Of a DNA stretch of 64,000 nucleotides, positions 1 through 11,585 are shown one piece after another. Each line of letters opens with the position of its first letter. The first letter of the stretch is position 1. Below the pieces are notes generated by a model that saw nothing but the letters and a program-made list of their open reading frames with translations, was not told the origin of the DNA and did not search any database. Both the position numbers and the translations under genes were made by a program. The stretch is from Eledone cirrhosa (lineage: Eukaryota): NCBI GenBank assembly GCA_964016885.1, contig OZ024741.1, positions 364,560,001 to 364,624,000 of the forward strand, read 5' to 3'.

Positions 1-32
1 CTGGCCTTGTGCCAAAAGTAGAAACAATTATT

Positions 33-455
33 ACTTTGATATCTCAGTCATTGATGCTATTTAACCAGAAAATTTTCACTAAGCCACTACCTACAACCCC
101 AGATATTCAGGACGTATCAGAGGGTCCTTGCTGTTCCCAGTAGGCATGCCTTCTGGGGTGTACCAAAAAAGGGGACTTGGCTAATGTCCTTTAACAAGCT
201 TTGGAAATTCTTCGAGACAGTACCTAGTGCTCCTATTATGATGGGGACGACCTTGATCTCATGAGAGTCCCAAATCCTTTTCATTTCCCACTGAAGATTC
301 TGGTACTGGTTAATTTTCTCCTTCTCCTTTTCCTGAACTCTTGTTTCAAAGGGGCAAGCTACATCTATAATCAAGTAAAATCTTTTATTCTTGTCAAAAA
401 CCACCAGCTCAGGCCTATTGTGTTCTAATTCTTTGTCCATTTGTTCATTTGTATC
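33..455 (-). mobile_element. 3' fragment of an RLE-type (R4/Dong-like) non-LTR retrotransposon, restriction-like endonuclease domain
   Basis: ORF 117-440(-) reads HNRPELVVFD..LIIDVACP..EKEKEKINQYQNL..KVVPIIIGALG..QKACLLGTARTL, the RPD..D..P..K..KY RLE signature (PD changed to PE). Flanked by ATT/TTATAA repeats. Confidence 0.85.
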
Positions 456-1140
456 ATGATCATTATTATTATAATTATTATTATTATAATTATTATAATT
501 ATTATAATTATTATTATAAAATTACGGGGTCGATAAAATAAAGTACCAGTAATGTACTGAGTAATTGCTGGCCTTGTGCCTAAAGTAGAAACAATTATTA
601 TAAAATTAATGTTAAAAATAATTAATTTCAAATAAATATTGTGTTTGTGTGCATGCATTGCTGTGGAAACTAAAAATTCAATGGTGGTTTGCTGTGAATG
701 ATTGTTGTGAATTGGATGCTTTGTATATATATCATGATCATGATGATCATCATCATCGTTTAACGTCTATCTTCCACGCTAGCATGGGTTTAGACGAGAA
801 TTGTCCCACGTGAGGCAAGATTGGTTGTCTTGCTTGTATAGGATTGTCTGACGGGTTTTCTATGGCTCGATGCCCTTCCTAACACCAACTACGTTTACAG
901 TGTGGACTGGGAGGTTTTTACCGTGTTACCTACACGGCCACATTACAGCGTGGACTGTGTTTTTTTGTTGTGACACCTACACGACCTCATTTATTTAGGA
1001 CTGGATATTGTGGCACCGACATAACTTTACAGAGAAAGGGGTGGTGTAGATGGCAGTGGGGGTAGGGGTAGTGGGATGGGGGTGTATTTTTGGTTAGGAT
1101 GTGCCCACTGACTGTAGGTTTCACTTTGTACTTAGGCAAG

Positions 1141-1177
<37 letters not shown>

Positions 1178-1452
1178 GGATGAGGTGTTGAATCTTTGTT
1201 ACATTTATTGAGTTGTGACACGCGTGTCATGATTGATCAGCTCGAGGCTCAATCTGTTTCGATTGGGCCCAACTCTGGAATATATATATATATAGTAATA
1301 ATAATAAATGTGACGACTAAAATCCGAAGAGGGCTTGATTAGGATAATATATATATAAAATATATAAAATTGTAAAGCATTGCCAGGGAACACCCTCACG
1401 AACCAAAGTATCTTCGGTTGCAACATTTCTCGAAATATTTACTTTTGCGTCC

Positions 1453-1530
1453 ACAGATTGATTTTTTTTTAGTTTCAGAAGATCCCGTTAAGGGTGAAAG
1501 CAGCGATTCTTTGCTAAAACTTTAATCTGT
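1453..1530 (+). ncRNA. Type I hammerhead-like motif with variant core CAGAAGA (U4A), in a Penelope-type pLTR repeat
   Basis: agttt-CAGAAGA-t-ccc(gttaa)ggg-t-GAAA-gca(gcgattctt)tgc-TA-aaact; distal stem acagattga/ttaatctgt. Same motif at 14712-14770. Confidence 0.6.
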
Positions 1531-2618
1531 TATTTTAATAAATAATTAATATACATATATATATATATACATGCCCCCTGTCCCACTGTGAAGTGGTCGT
1601 GGAGGTGCCATGGCAAAAAAGCACCTAGCCCACATTGTAAAGTGGACGTGTAGGCGCCACGGAAAAAAACTCCCAGCACTCACTGTAAATGAGGTTGCTG
1701 TTAGCAAGAGCATCCAGCTGTAGAAATCAAGATAGAATCAGTTCCCGTATGAGCAAGACAAAGACAGCCAACTGGACACTGCCCACAACAGGACAACCCG
1801 TCTAACCCATGCTAGCATGGAAGAACGGACGTAAAACAGTGATGATGATGATATATATATATATATAACCCCTTAAATACCATATTTCTTTTGAAACAAC
1901 ACAGTGCCTATGATTTTCAAATAGTTTTGAAGATAATCAAGAATTTAGAGGGATTTAGTAATATAACTAACTTTTCCATTATTTAACTGTAATTTGAAAC
2001 AGAATTTAACAAATGTTCTTACATGACATTATCATGGAAGATATCTTAGATAAATATAAACACTTTAAAACAAACAATTATGTTTCAAAGAACTGAGGGT
2101 AATTTCAGTGGGTTTGGTATCAGAAGCATTAAAACATATTAACTCATAACTTTCTGTAGGTATTAAGCAGAAAATATCTAAAAAAGGTTTACAGTATCTT
2201 TACTAGTGGTCAGATTGTTGCGAATATTTGTAGTATAGACTTTAATTTTCAATGTGATGTAGGCATAGTTTTGCACTTTTCAATAATGCCTTGCTAATGC
2301 AGTAATGCAGTTTCTTATGGTACAGGACATTATGAGTTAATATTCCTTCAACTTCACCTGTAAAAATAGAGAATCTACTAATTATATTTCAAAAATATCC
2401 TTCCCCTCCATTTAATATATAGATAAAAATTATGTATGCTTTTATTTTCTGTTTCATGCTGTTGGAGATATTCTTTAATGATATAATGTTTTGTATATTT
2501 GGATCTAATAGACTGTTATATTTTATGTTAGAATTTTGATTATGCTTTATATCATCATACGTCTATTTTCCATGCTTGCATGTGTTTGAATGTGTGTATG
2601 TATATATATATATGTGTG

Positions 2619-2742
<124 letters not shown>

Positions 2743-2756
2743 TATACACACACATA

Positions 2757-2856
2757 CAGAGTGTCCCCAAAAAATGTATACACACTTCAACAGCATTCTA
2801 ATAAATATTACCTGTAGAGGTAATCAAAGTGGGTATACATTTTTGGGGATACCCTA
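2757..2856. mobile_element. Short Tc1/mariner-type MITE
   Basis: Inverted termini cagagtgtccccaaaaaatgtatacacact / agtgggtatacatttttggggataccct in TA context. Confidence 0.65.
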
Positions 2857-3074
2857 TGTATGTATGTATATATATATATATAGGCAGAATTCTAGGAGAA
2901 GGAAAACTCTGATATAACACCTGCAACCCTGATGGTATCCAATGATGTTGACTTGTTCTTCTTTTCGGTAAATATTATCTTGGTTAAGAGAGTGGGACTG
3001 GCTTTATGCAGTGCCTTTGCTCACTATAAAAGCTTCACGGCACAGGCATTGCTTTATATCTGGAGATCTCTCTG

Positions 3075-3262
3075 CACTTGTCGTCACATGGTACCATGGG
3101 CCCAGCACTATGTGTCAATAATTGTCACAAGTGTAGTGTTTGTACCAGAGTTTTCAAGTCGCTAGCTGGACTAAAAAGTCACACTCGTTCAGCGCATCGG
3201 CAGGGGTACTCCTACATGGATATGAAGTTGTGGCCGTACACGAAAACGAGTTGGCAGCCACC

Positions 3263-3296
<34 letters not shown>

Positions 3297-3306
3297 TTGG
3301 CAGCCA

Positions 3307-3315
<9 letters not shown>
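3075..3315 (+). mobile_element. 3' end of an RTE-like LINE (C2H2 finger, (TA)n tail)
   Basis: Reads [22 protein letters not shown]; ends gagttggcagccaccatatata (present twice); similar end at 23190-23235. Confidence 0.6.
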
Positions 3316-3366
<51 letters not shown>

Positions 3367-3443
3367 GTATATATATGTGTATATGTGTGTGCGTGTATGT
3401 AAGTGTGTGTGCTTGAATTAATTTTTGTTCTTTTATATTTCAG

Positions 3444-3489
3444 TTCCCACTAGCGATGATCTTGGTTGTACTCCTGAATCCTCTCCTGA
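3444..3489 (+). CDS. BRSK: SAD/BRSK kinase internal exon (V)[14 protein letters not shown](E)
   Basis: tttcag acceptor, gtgagt donor; matches the BRSK 'VPT...TPESSPE' motif; phase fits the next exon. Upstream kinase-domain exons were not found in the window. Confidence 0.9.
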
Positions 3490-3896
3490 GTGAGTAAACT
3501 TTGGGAATTGTGATAGTAATCAGGTTTTAGATGTATAACAATATCTTTTGATGTTTTATAATATACAACTCAACAACAACAAACTCCCCTCTCTCTCTCT
3601 CCCTCTATGTATGTAATATATAGATATATCTGTATATGTATATATATCATATATCTGTATTATATATCTGTTGTGTATATATATTATATATGTATATATA
3701 AAAAGAAAACAAATATAAGTGAATATAATTACATATCAATTAGAAATTGATTGACATATATATATATATATTTAAAATAAACACATGAAACAATCACAAG
3801 GGATAATTTATACAGTGTGTAAGCACACACAGCTAGGTAGATAACTAATTAAAGTTTAACTAGAACTTCAAATATTACCTTTTAAAAATGATTAAC

Positions 3897-3985
3897 CTTC
3901 CTTGTATATATTTCATTAAAGAAATATATTTCACCATTAATCCGTAAACTCACAGTAGTCAAATCCCGGATCTTCAGCAAGGAAG
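3897..3985 (-). ncRNA. Type I hammerhead ribozyme motif with enlarged, branched stem II
   Basis: Minus strand: cttccttg-CTGAAGA-tccg...cgga...-GAAA-tata-TA-caaggaag; 8-bp stem I, palindromic ATATAT stem III. Confidence 0.6.
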
Positions 3986-4109
3986 AAGATTTAACTATCT
4001 CTGTTTACACATCAAATGCAAATCTGCGAATGACCTGTTGCACGTGTTGCATTTTAAAGCTTATTTTGAGCTTATTCTACGGAGGATATGGCGCATGTCT
4101 CAGACATGA

Positions 4110-4649
4110 CTCCCTTAATTTAATTTAATTTTGGATATATAATTACATATGTATGTTTCAGCAATAACAGCCTCTAATATTTGTTGAACATCTTTCACCG
4201 TAACATGCAACATTTCTTGGGGAATTTCTTTCCGGGCACTCAGTAAAAATGCCTTTAAATCCATTTTTCCCATGGACCTTTTCGGATTTCTTCTTATCCT
4301 TTCTCAAACGGTTTTAATGAGAGTAGGAGTCCATTTAGTTCGTGGTTTTCCACTTCTGGGTCTACCCAACAAATCTTGCTCTTTAAAATGCTTCACAGCT
4401 TTCCAAACTGGAAATCTTGCAATTGAAATTAAATTTACAATATCCGAATCGGACTTCTCTGCACAATGAATTTTGAGTATCCTTTCTCTATAGGATGACA
4501 TATTCAAATTGTGTATGAAATTCAAACAAAGTTCAATATATTTACATGGACTAATGATTTAACATGAAAATCAAAGAAGATTAATAATATACTTACAACA
4601 CTTTTAGAAATCAAATTTTAAAAATTTCCTTCCAAACTTATGCCCAGTC

Positions 4650-4652
<3 letters not shown>
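4110..4652 (-). mobile_element. Internally deleted Tc1/mariner (maT/Tc1-like) transposon remnant
   Basis: ORF 4304-4525(-) MSSYRERILKIHCAEKSDSDIV..VWKAVKHFKE..GRPRSGKPRT is the N-terminal HTH and GRPR box of Tc1-superfamily transposases. Right end ...cagtcctg|TA; left boundary approximate. Confidence 0.7.
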
Positions 4653-4701
<49 letters not shown>

Positions 4702-4753
4702 CAATCTGTTTGTTATAGCTTGTGAATTGTAAATCATATACTTTACTTTTCAG

Positions 4754-4877
4754 AATGACAAAACGGTCATGGTTTGGTGCTCTTATGGGAACAGAGCGAG
4801 AAGAACATCACTTTGTTATTGTACGTGACAAACCTTTGAGTCAAGTGAAAGCAGATTTAGTTCATGCTTTCCTTTCA
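4754..4877 (+). CDS. BRSK: SAD/BRSK exon (E)MTKRSWFGALMGTEREEHHFVIVRDKPLSQVKADLVHAFLS (KA1 start)
   Basis: tttcag/gtaagt boundaries; matches BRSK 'KKSWFG...KDKPLSSIKADIVHAFLS'. Confidence 0.95.
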
Positions 4878-5101
4878 GTAAGTTTACTACATTTTCTCAA
4901 TTAATATAACTATATAACTATTATTGAAACAAAAGACCTATCCACCAGTGCAAATACTGTGAAACTGAAAGTAAGGAAAGACTGGAGCCTACAATGTTGG
5001 CAATTGAACAGTCAAAGTAGAGTTTTAGAGAACTCTTCAGGCTGAGCTTGTGACAACCACTCAAGTGCTGGTGTTACTATAAAATGCACCAATTACACCC
5101 C

Positions 5102-5330
5102 TTAACACTTTAGCATTTACATTGCTCTATATTTATTATTGTATTTTCACGATAAAGGTTTTACCCCACATAATTATTTTATATAATATCGAATATACAA
5201 GATTTTGATATTATTTATTTTGAGAACAATACCTTAACATAAGTATGAGCAGCTGGTTAAGGCTAGTTTGAACAGAAAGAGGTGAGAGAATTCTGGCTGA
5301 ATATGGACAGTTTAAATGCTAAGTGGTTAA
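5102..5330. mobile_element. piggyBac-like MITE family P1 (TTAA-flanked, ~220 bp)
   Basis: TTAA + C(C/A)CTTTAGCATTTA ... TAAATGCTAA(A)GGG + TTAA; five copies in the window. Confidence 0.75.
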
Positions 5331-5806
5331 AGTGTTGTAGAAACTCATTACTGTGTATTCAATGCAAGTAGTGGATACACAAAAGATATAAAGGATTCTT
5401 TGGCAGGTTAACAGAGAACCAGACTTCAGTTTTGAAAACCTGTTCACTTCTAATTAATAGCTGATGCAATTGGTGAATGGACTCTGGGGACCTCCCAGCA
5501 TTTATTCACCAGTTGCATGGATGTATGTGGACTGTGTAGTAAAAAATGCAAGCTTAATAATTTTCTGAGTGTGGCCAGAGCAAGAAGTGTCAAAGACTAA
5601 GTTTATGAGCTTGCTAACTGTATGTTGAAATTAGTTTATTTGGAAGAAGGGGTAATATATTGTACGGCTAGCCTAAGTTATTAAATACCCTGGCATCAGC
5701 TCTGTCTGAAGCCCCGAAACTCTCCTTACTAAAACAAGCATCTGCATTTATATGTCTTGCACTAATTTTCATGTTATCTTATTCATTTATTGTCTATTTT
5801 TGCTAG

Positions 5807-5981
5807 ACTCCAGATATGAGTCATAGTGTTGTCTCAACTACAACGTTCCGAGCAGAATACAGGAGATCCAGCAGTGCTTCCATGTTTTCCCGTAATGTTC
5901 GATTTCAAGTGGATATCTCTCCCTCACCTGGTTATGAGAATAATGGAGAATCCTACTGCTTGACATTTACCCTGATTTCAG
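5807..5981 (+). CDS. BRSK: SAD/BRSK exon TPDMSHSVVSTTTFRAEYRRSSSASMFSRNVRFQVDISPSPGYENNGESYCLTFTLIS(G) (KA1)
   Basis: tgctag/gtaatt boundaries; matches BRSK 'SHSV.S.TSFRAEY...VKFQVDI...Y.VTFTL.SG'. Confidence 0.95.
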
Positions 5982-6452
5982 GTAATTTTCTTTATATATA
6001 TATATATATATGCACACATATATATATATGTGTGTGTGTATGCATTTTAAATGTAACCTATATAAAGCATACTTTGTATTGTAAGAAATGGGAAGATATA
6101 AATGTGTATTATTAGTATCTCTACTGCAGAATTTCTTTTGGTTATTCCAGTAATTTATCATGTTACTTAAGCACAAAGTTGCACAGTGAACAATAGACTT
6201 TTGAAACAGATAATGTATTGGAATTCAGCTCAGACATTTAATAGCGTAGCTAAACTATTTATAATATGTTCTTAATGCTACCATAAACTTAAAAAAAAAA
6301 TTCTCTCTCAATCAAAGAGGTTTGCTTGAAATATTAAGATACTCATCTCTCCAAAACAAACTATGAATTGCAGTAGAGGGAAGCTTTGGTTTCGAATAAA
6401 TGTATGTGTGTGTGCGTGTGTTTAGGCAGTTGATTTGGCTGATTTATTAGAG

Positions 6453-6723
6453 CAGAGCTTCTCAAACTTTTTGGGCTCCCCTCACGGCCACATAATACCC
6501 TCAATTCCACCACCCCACCCCCCATTTCCAGAGAGACCTGCCTACATGCAAATTGAAAATTATATATAATAAATGAAATCGTAAATTTATATATAATATG
6601 TATCATTTGATATTTAATATACTATTATATCATCTCTACCCCACTGCCCCTGTAGGCCCCAGTGTCCCCCAGAACCTTCTCAAGGCCCCCCAGGAGGGCG
6701 GTAATGCCCACTTTGAGAACCTC
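6453..6723. mobile_element. hAT-like MITE (inverted copy of 54088-54393)
   Basis: Termini cagagcttctcaaa / tttgagaacctct; approximate 8-bp TSD (tattagag/ctttagag). Confidence 0.65.
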
Positions 6724-7183
6724 TTTAGAGCATAAAATTTCATTTACGTGGAGTTAATTTTTTATTGTGTATCAACCTGTTTGCAGAGGATTGGCTCAGG
6801 GTCACCCATAGAAGTTATGGTCCTGATTCCATTATCAATCTGCTCTTCAAACTGGCGATTCAATAAATACTGTATTTTTTGTGATCCTGAGCCAATTGTT
6901 TGTGAAATGCGCATAACAGGTTGATACACAATAAAAAAACTAATTACATGTAAATGAAACTTCATTGTTTTTCTTTATATATTTATATTTAAAAATTAAA
7001 CAGAAATAACAACACAATTGGTACAGTATATGGAAGGAATATATTAGGTTAATGCTTGAAAAAGCAGGAAGAGGATCTTAACATTTTGGACACTAGTTCG
7101 TTATCAGAAAAAAGAATGATAAATTAGAAAGAATGAAGGAACGGGCAGGGCGGAATCGGAAAAATGTTTTTAGAGAAAAATAA

Positions 7184-7275
7184 CAGGTCCAATTCATGTT
7201 GCCATCTCTTGGAAAACTATGTGTATATATATATATACATAGTTTTCCAAGAGATGGCAACATGAATTGGACCTG
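7184..7275. repeat. Near-perfect palindrome centred on (TA)n
   Basis: caggtccaattcatgttgccatctcttggaaaactatgt followed by its reverse complement. Confidence 0.9.
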
Positions 7276-7818
7276 AGTTCATGCAATTGACTTATGTTTC
7301 GTCACTATATATATATATATATAATCATCATTCATCATTTCATTTTATATATATATATATATATGTTTGTGTGAATATATATATATATATATATCATGAT
7401 CATCATAATCATCGTTTAATGTTCATTTTCCATGCTTGCATGGGTCAGATGGGTTGTCACATTATAAGACAAGTCAGATCAGGTGACCATATCATGCTCA
7501 TACAGATCTGTATTTTGGCTTAGTTTTTATGGCTGTTTGACCAAGAGGTGACCACAATTAAAAAAGGTACTCAGTATGTTAGTAGAGTATAAACATCTTT
7601 ATTTTATTATAGAAATGACTTCTACAGAACTAGATCTGTTTTGTTCATAAAAGAATCACCAGGTAGGCACACACACACACTTATATATATATATATATTA
7701 TAAAAACAGTTCTTATAATAAATATTTGCTCTGCAGGTTTTTATATATATTATATAGTCCACGCTGTAATGTGGCCGTGTAGGTTACACGGTAAAAAGTT
7801 CCCAGTTCCACACGGTAA

Positions 7819-8206
7819 ATGTAGTTGGTGTTAGGAAGGGCATCCAGCTGTAGAAAACCTGCCAGATAGTCCTATATGAGCGAGACACGGTCACCCGACC
7901 AACCTTGCCTCAAGTGGGACAACTCCCGTCTAACCCATGCTAGCGTGGAAGATGGACATTAAACGAAGATGATGATGATGATGATGATGAATCCTTATCG
8001 AGCCCTCTTCGGATTTTAGTCTTCACATTTATTATTACTATCATCATCATCATCATCATCATTTAACGTCCATCTTCCACGCTAGCATGGTTTAGATGGG
8101 AGTTGTCCCACTTGAGGCAAGGTTGGTCGGGTGACCGTGTCTCGCTCATATAGGACTATCTGGCAGGTTTTCTATGGCTGGATGCCCTTCCTAACACCAA
8201 CCACAT
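7819..8206. repeat. Inverted pair of SINE 3' halves with (GAT)n tails
   Basis: 7819-7990 and 8041-8206 are highly similar reverse complements. Confidence 0.85.
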
Positions 8207-8928
8207 ATATGGTTGTATATATAAAGCATTGTGGAATATTTGGTGAGTATTGTTTAGGTAATGCCAATGCAAGGCAGGCTAGAAATACAGAAGTGAAGAA
8301 GGGCTTTGCCCATCACCAATGCCACACTCCACTTCCATTCTTTGGAAAAAGGGGTTCTAATCTCAAAATATGAAATGTAAGCTAAAATTGTCAAATGATT
8401 TGTTTTGGCTTTCTTACTTTTTTCTAGTTTCCCTTCCTTTATTTTTAGCTTGTTTTGTATTGGCTTTCCCAAAACAATCCTAACTATATATACACTTGTG
8501 TCACACTGTAAAGTGATTGCTGATAGGAAGGACATCCAAAGAGCTTGCCAAAGAAAGGGTTGATAGGACCCTTCAGTTGTGTCAAAGACATGAAAACCTC
8601 TCCTGTGTACTTGGTAATGTGAGTCCGTACATAAACGAGATAACAGATCCCTAGCCTGTCTGGGCATCAGAAGCCTCACTTCAGTACTCACTTGGTCTAT
8701 GTACACCTGTCAAATCCTTGCTAGCAAGGAAAGTGGATGTTAAAACGATAATGCTGATGATAAAACATATTATATATGTTTTCATATATGCCTCTATTCT
8801 CATTTACACTACTAACTAACCTGTCAAGCCCACTATATATATATGCAAATAAGTATCCCCATAAATATATATTTGCAAAGTTCTATATATAAGAAGCTTT
8901 AGCTTTCTTGCCTCAGTACCAAGTGAGT

Positions 8929-8985
8929 AAACGTCACTGATGATGGATTATTTATCCTGAAATACAATTATGGTATTTGGTGTTT
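8929..8985 (+). ncRNA. Type I hammerhead ribozyme motif, sense to the BRSK pre-mRNA
   Basis: aaacgtca-CTGATGA-t-gga(ttattta)tcc-t-GAAA-tac(aattatg)gta-TT-tggtgttt; all three stems pair; AUU triplet. Confidence 0.7.
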
Positions 8986-9414
8986 TCACTTGGATACTGA
9001 AGTAGCTGTGACATCATGATCATAGTTTAAAATGTTCACAGCAAGATTTATGCATGTTTATTATATATATTGTATATGCTTCTACATACACCTTTATTCT
9101 ACTAATTAAAAAGTAAAGGTTTGTAGCTTAGAAGTTAGGGTGCTTGCCTTATGATCATAAGTCTTTGAAGAAGACACTTTATTTCATGTTGCTCCAGTCC
9201 ACTCAGCTGACAAAATGAGATGTACCAGTAATTCAGAGTCCAGCTTTGTCACTGACTCTCCATGTCAATTACATTAAGAGTTCATATGCCTGTGAAATGT
9301 TCATCTACTTGCACATTAATACCAGGAGCAAGCTGTTCTGTTGATCATTCAACTGAAACATTGGTCATTGGAACCGACAGAGGTCCAACAACAGCAACAA
9401 CAAATTAATTCATA

Positions 9415-9695
9415 CATAGGTGTCACGACAGAAAACATTCGGTCCACACTGCAAAGTGGTCATGTAGGTATCATGACAAAATGCACCCAGCTTACACTGT
9501 AAGATGGTCGTGTAGCTATCACAACAAAAAGCAACCAGCCCACACTGTAAAGTGGTCATGTTGGTATCATGACAAAAAGCACCCAGCCTACACTGTAAGG
9601 TGGTCATGTAGATGTCACGACTAAAATCATCCAGCCCACACTAAGGTGGTCATGTAGGTATCATGACAAAAAGCACCCAGCACACACTGTAAATC
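9415..9695 (+). repeat. About five tandem ~53-bp units inside a SINE
   Basis: Repeating catgtaggtatcatgacaaaaagcacccagcccacactgtaaagtggt, followed by the SINE tail aacccatgctagcgtgg...(GAT)n. Confidence 0.8.
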
Positions 9696-9829
9696 TGGAA
9701 ACAGTTCTATATGAGCAAGACATGGTCACCTGACAACCCATCTAACCCATGCTAGCGTGGAAAATGAACGTTAAATGATGATAATGATGATGATGATGAT
9801 TTACATGTTCCAATGTTTCTTTATTTTAG

Positions 9830-9999
9830 GGCCAACTCGGCGTTTTAAGAGAATCTGTGAATACATTCAAGCTCTGTTACTTACTCCTCGTGGAGAAAGA
9901 GAAATAACTCGAAGAATCAGCACTGACAGTTCTTCATCATATTCATCGGAAATGTCACCTACCCATAATGCCAGTCCTCGAGATACTACGGAAGATGAG
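9830..9999 (+). CDS. BRSK: SAD/BRSK exon (G)PTRRFKRICEYIQALLLTPRGEREITRRISTDSSSSYSSEMSPTHNASPRDTTEDE
   Basis: ttttag acceptor; 'GP.RRFKR..E.IQA.LL' ends KA1; donor gag|gtaacg in phase 0. Confidence 0.92.
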
Positions 10000-10211
10000 G
10001 TAACGGTTGGTTGAATGGGTTTTTTCAGTTATATTTTACACTTATTACTGACAGAAACTAAATGTTTTCAATCTTTTATTTCCATTAAAAGGTTTTGGGG
10101 TGCTATGTTGTGTGTGTATGTATATATGTGTGTGTGTATGTATGTGTGTGTATTTGTATGCATGTAAGCATGTGTGTGTGAGTGTGCACATCTATTTGCA
10201 TGTGTGTGAGA

Positions 10212-10244
<33 letters not shown>

Positions 10245-10438
10245 CAAACATAATAAAGCAGTGAATTGGCAGTGAATTGGCAGTGAATCGGATCAAATGC
10301 TTTGTGGTATTCATTCCAGTCCATTTCTCGCCAAAAGTGACTTTTCCTTTCATCTTTTTGAGGTCAATAAATACTGGGGCTGGGGTGATTCTTCGTCCTT
10401 ATATCTTTCTCACTTCAACTTTCTCTTGCTCTCTGTCT

Positions 10439-10496
<58 letters not shown>

Positions 10497-10971
10497 GGAA
10501 AGAATCAGCTGTGTTTAGATCTCGATAGGAATGGGTTCTTTCAGATTCAAATGTACAAATCATGCTGTATGTCATGACAGTACCCCTGTATAACATACTC
10601 ACAAGTTAGTGGCTCATAGCCATGTATATAACTATATAAGTGGGACTGTGTGTAACCCCGACACTGTAGATTCCTAATTATCAACATATTTCATATGAGA
10701 CAATGACTTGTATAACTTCATACAACACTTAACAGCAACACAGCAAGCAATTTAACACTTTTGATACCAACCCAGCCACGACCGACTCTGGTTCTATGAA
10801 ACAAAGTCACTCATTTTAAAGGGTTCCTATGTAAGTGAATTTAATATAGAACCATATGTTAAGTTGCTATCTTAGTAATGAAATAATTAATAGTGTTAGT
10901 AAATCCATCAATGTTCTTAATAAATTAAATAAAATACAGTGTTTATCATAAGAAATATGGTAACAAAAGGC

Positions 10972-11177
10972 CTAACCTTTTAGCATTTACATTACTCTAT
11001 ATTTACTATTGAATTTTCACAGTGAACACTTTATTTCACATAATATTGAATCTATGAGCTTTTGATATTATTTATTTTGAGAACAATACCTTAACATAAA
11101 TATGAGCAGCCAGTTTGATCAGAAAGAGGTGAGAGAATTCTGGCCGGATACGGCTTGTTTAAATGCTAAAGGGTTAA
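10972..11177. mobile_element. piggyBac-like MITE family P1, abutting a second TTAA-type MITE (~10752-10975)
   Basis: Same termini and body as 5102-5330. Confidence 0.75.
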
Positions 11178-11397
11178 ATAAGTAAAAATGCCAGCAAAAA
11201 ATGTTTGTTGCTATCCAACACTTTTTGTGTTTATGTTCCAATATTATAAACTTCTTTTTCTCCTGTTCTATAATATTATTTCAACACAACTCAGTACCCT
11301 TCCACTCTTTTTAGAGTGTCTTTGTTATTCCTAACAAAATGGTCTTAACCCTTTGGTGATCTTATTTCTTGTGAAATACTGTCTATTTCAATTAATT

Positions 11398-11585
11398 AAT
11401 TGTTTCTACTTTTGGCACAAGGCCAGCAATTACCCAGTGCATTACTGGTACTTTATTTTATCGACCCCGTAAGGATGAAAGGCAAAGTTAACCTCGGCGG
11501 GATTTGAACTCAGACTGTAAAGGGACGTAACTATGCTAGAAAGCATGGCGTCCAACCCTCTACCGATACTGCCAATTCACCAACC
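11398..11585 (-). mobile_element. SINE family S2 (…gttaactttgcctttcatcc…gtcgataaaataaagtaccagt…gtagaaacaatt)
   Basis: Further copies or fragments at about 1-32, 522-600, 37015-37260, 41112-41310, 41733-41880, 42520-42622, 50515-50730 and 62420-62617. Confidence 0.75.

Noticed and set aside
9415-9695. CRISPR-like regular repeats (also 30046-30320 and 52085-52365)
   Set aside because: Head-to-tail units without unique spacers, inside eukaryotic transposons; no cas genes.
10000-10014. Read-through of the 9999 donor giving VTVG*
   Set aside because: Possible intron-retention end, but unsupported; the downstream phase-0 exons explain the gene better.
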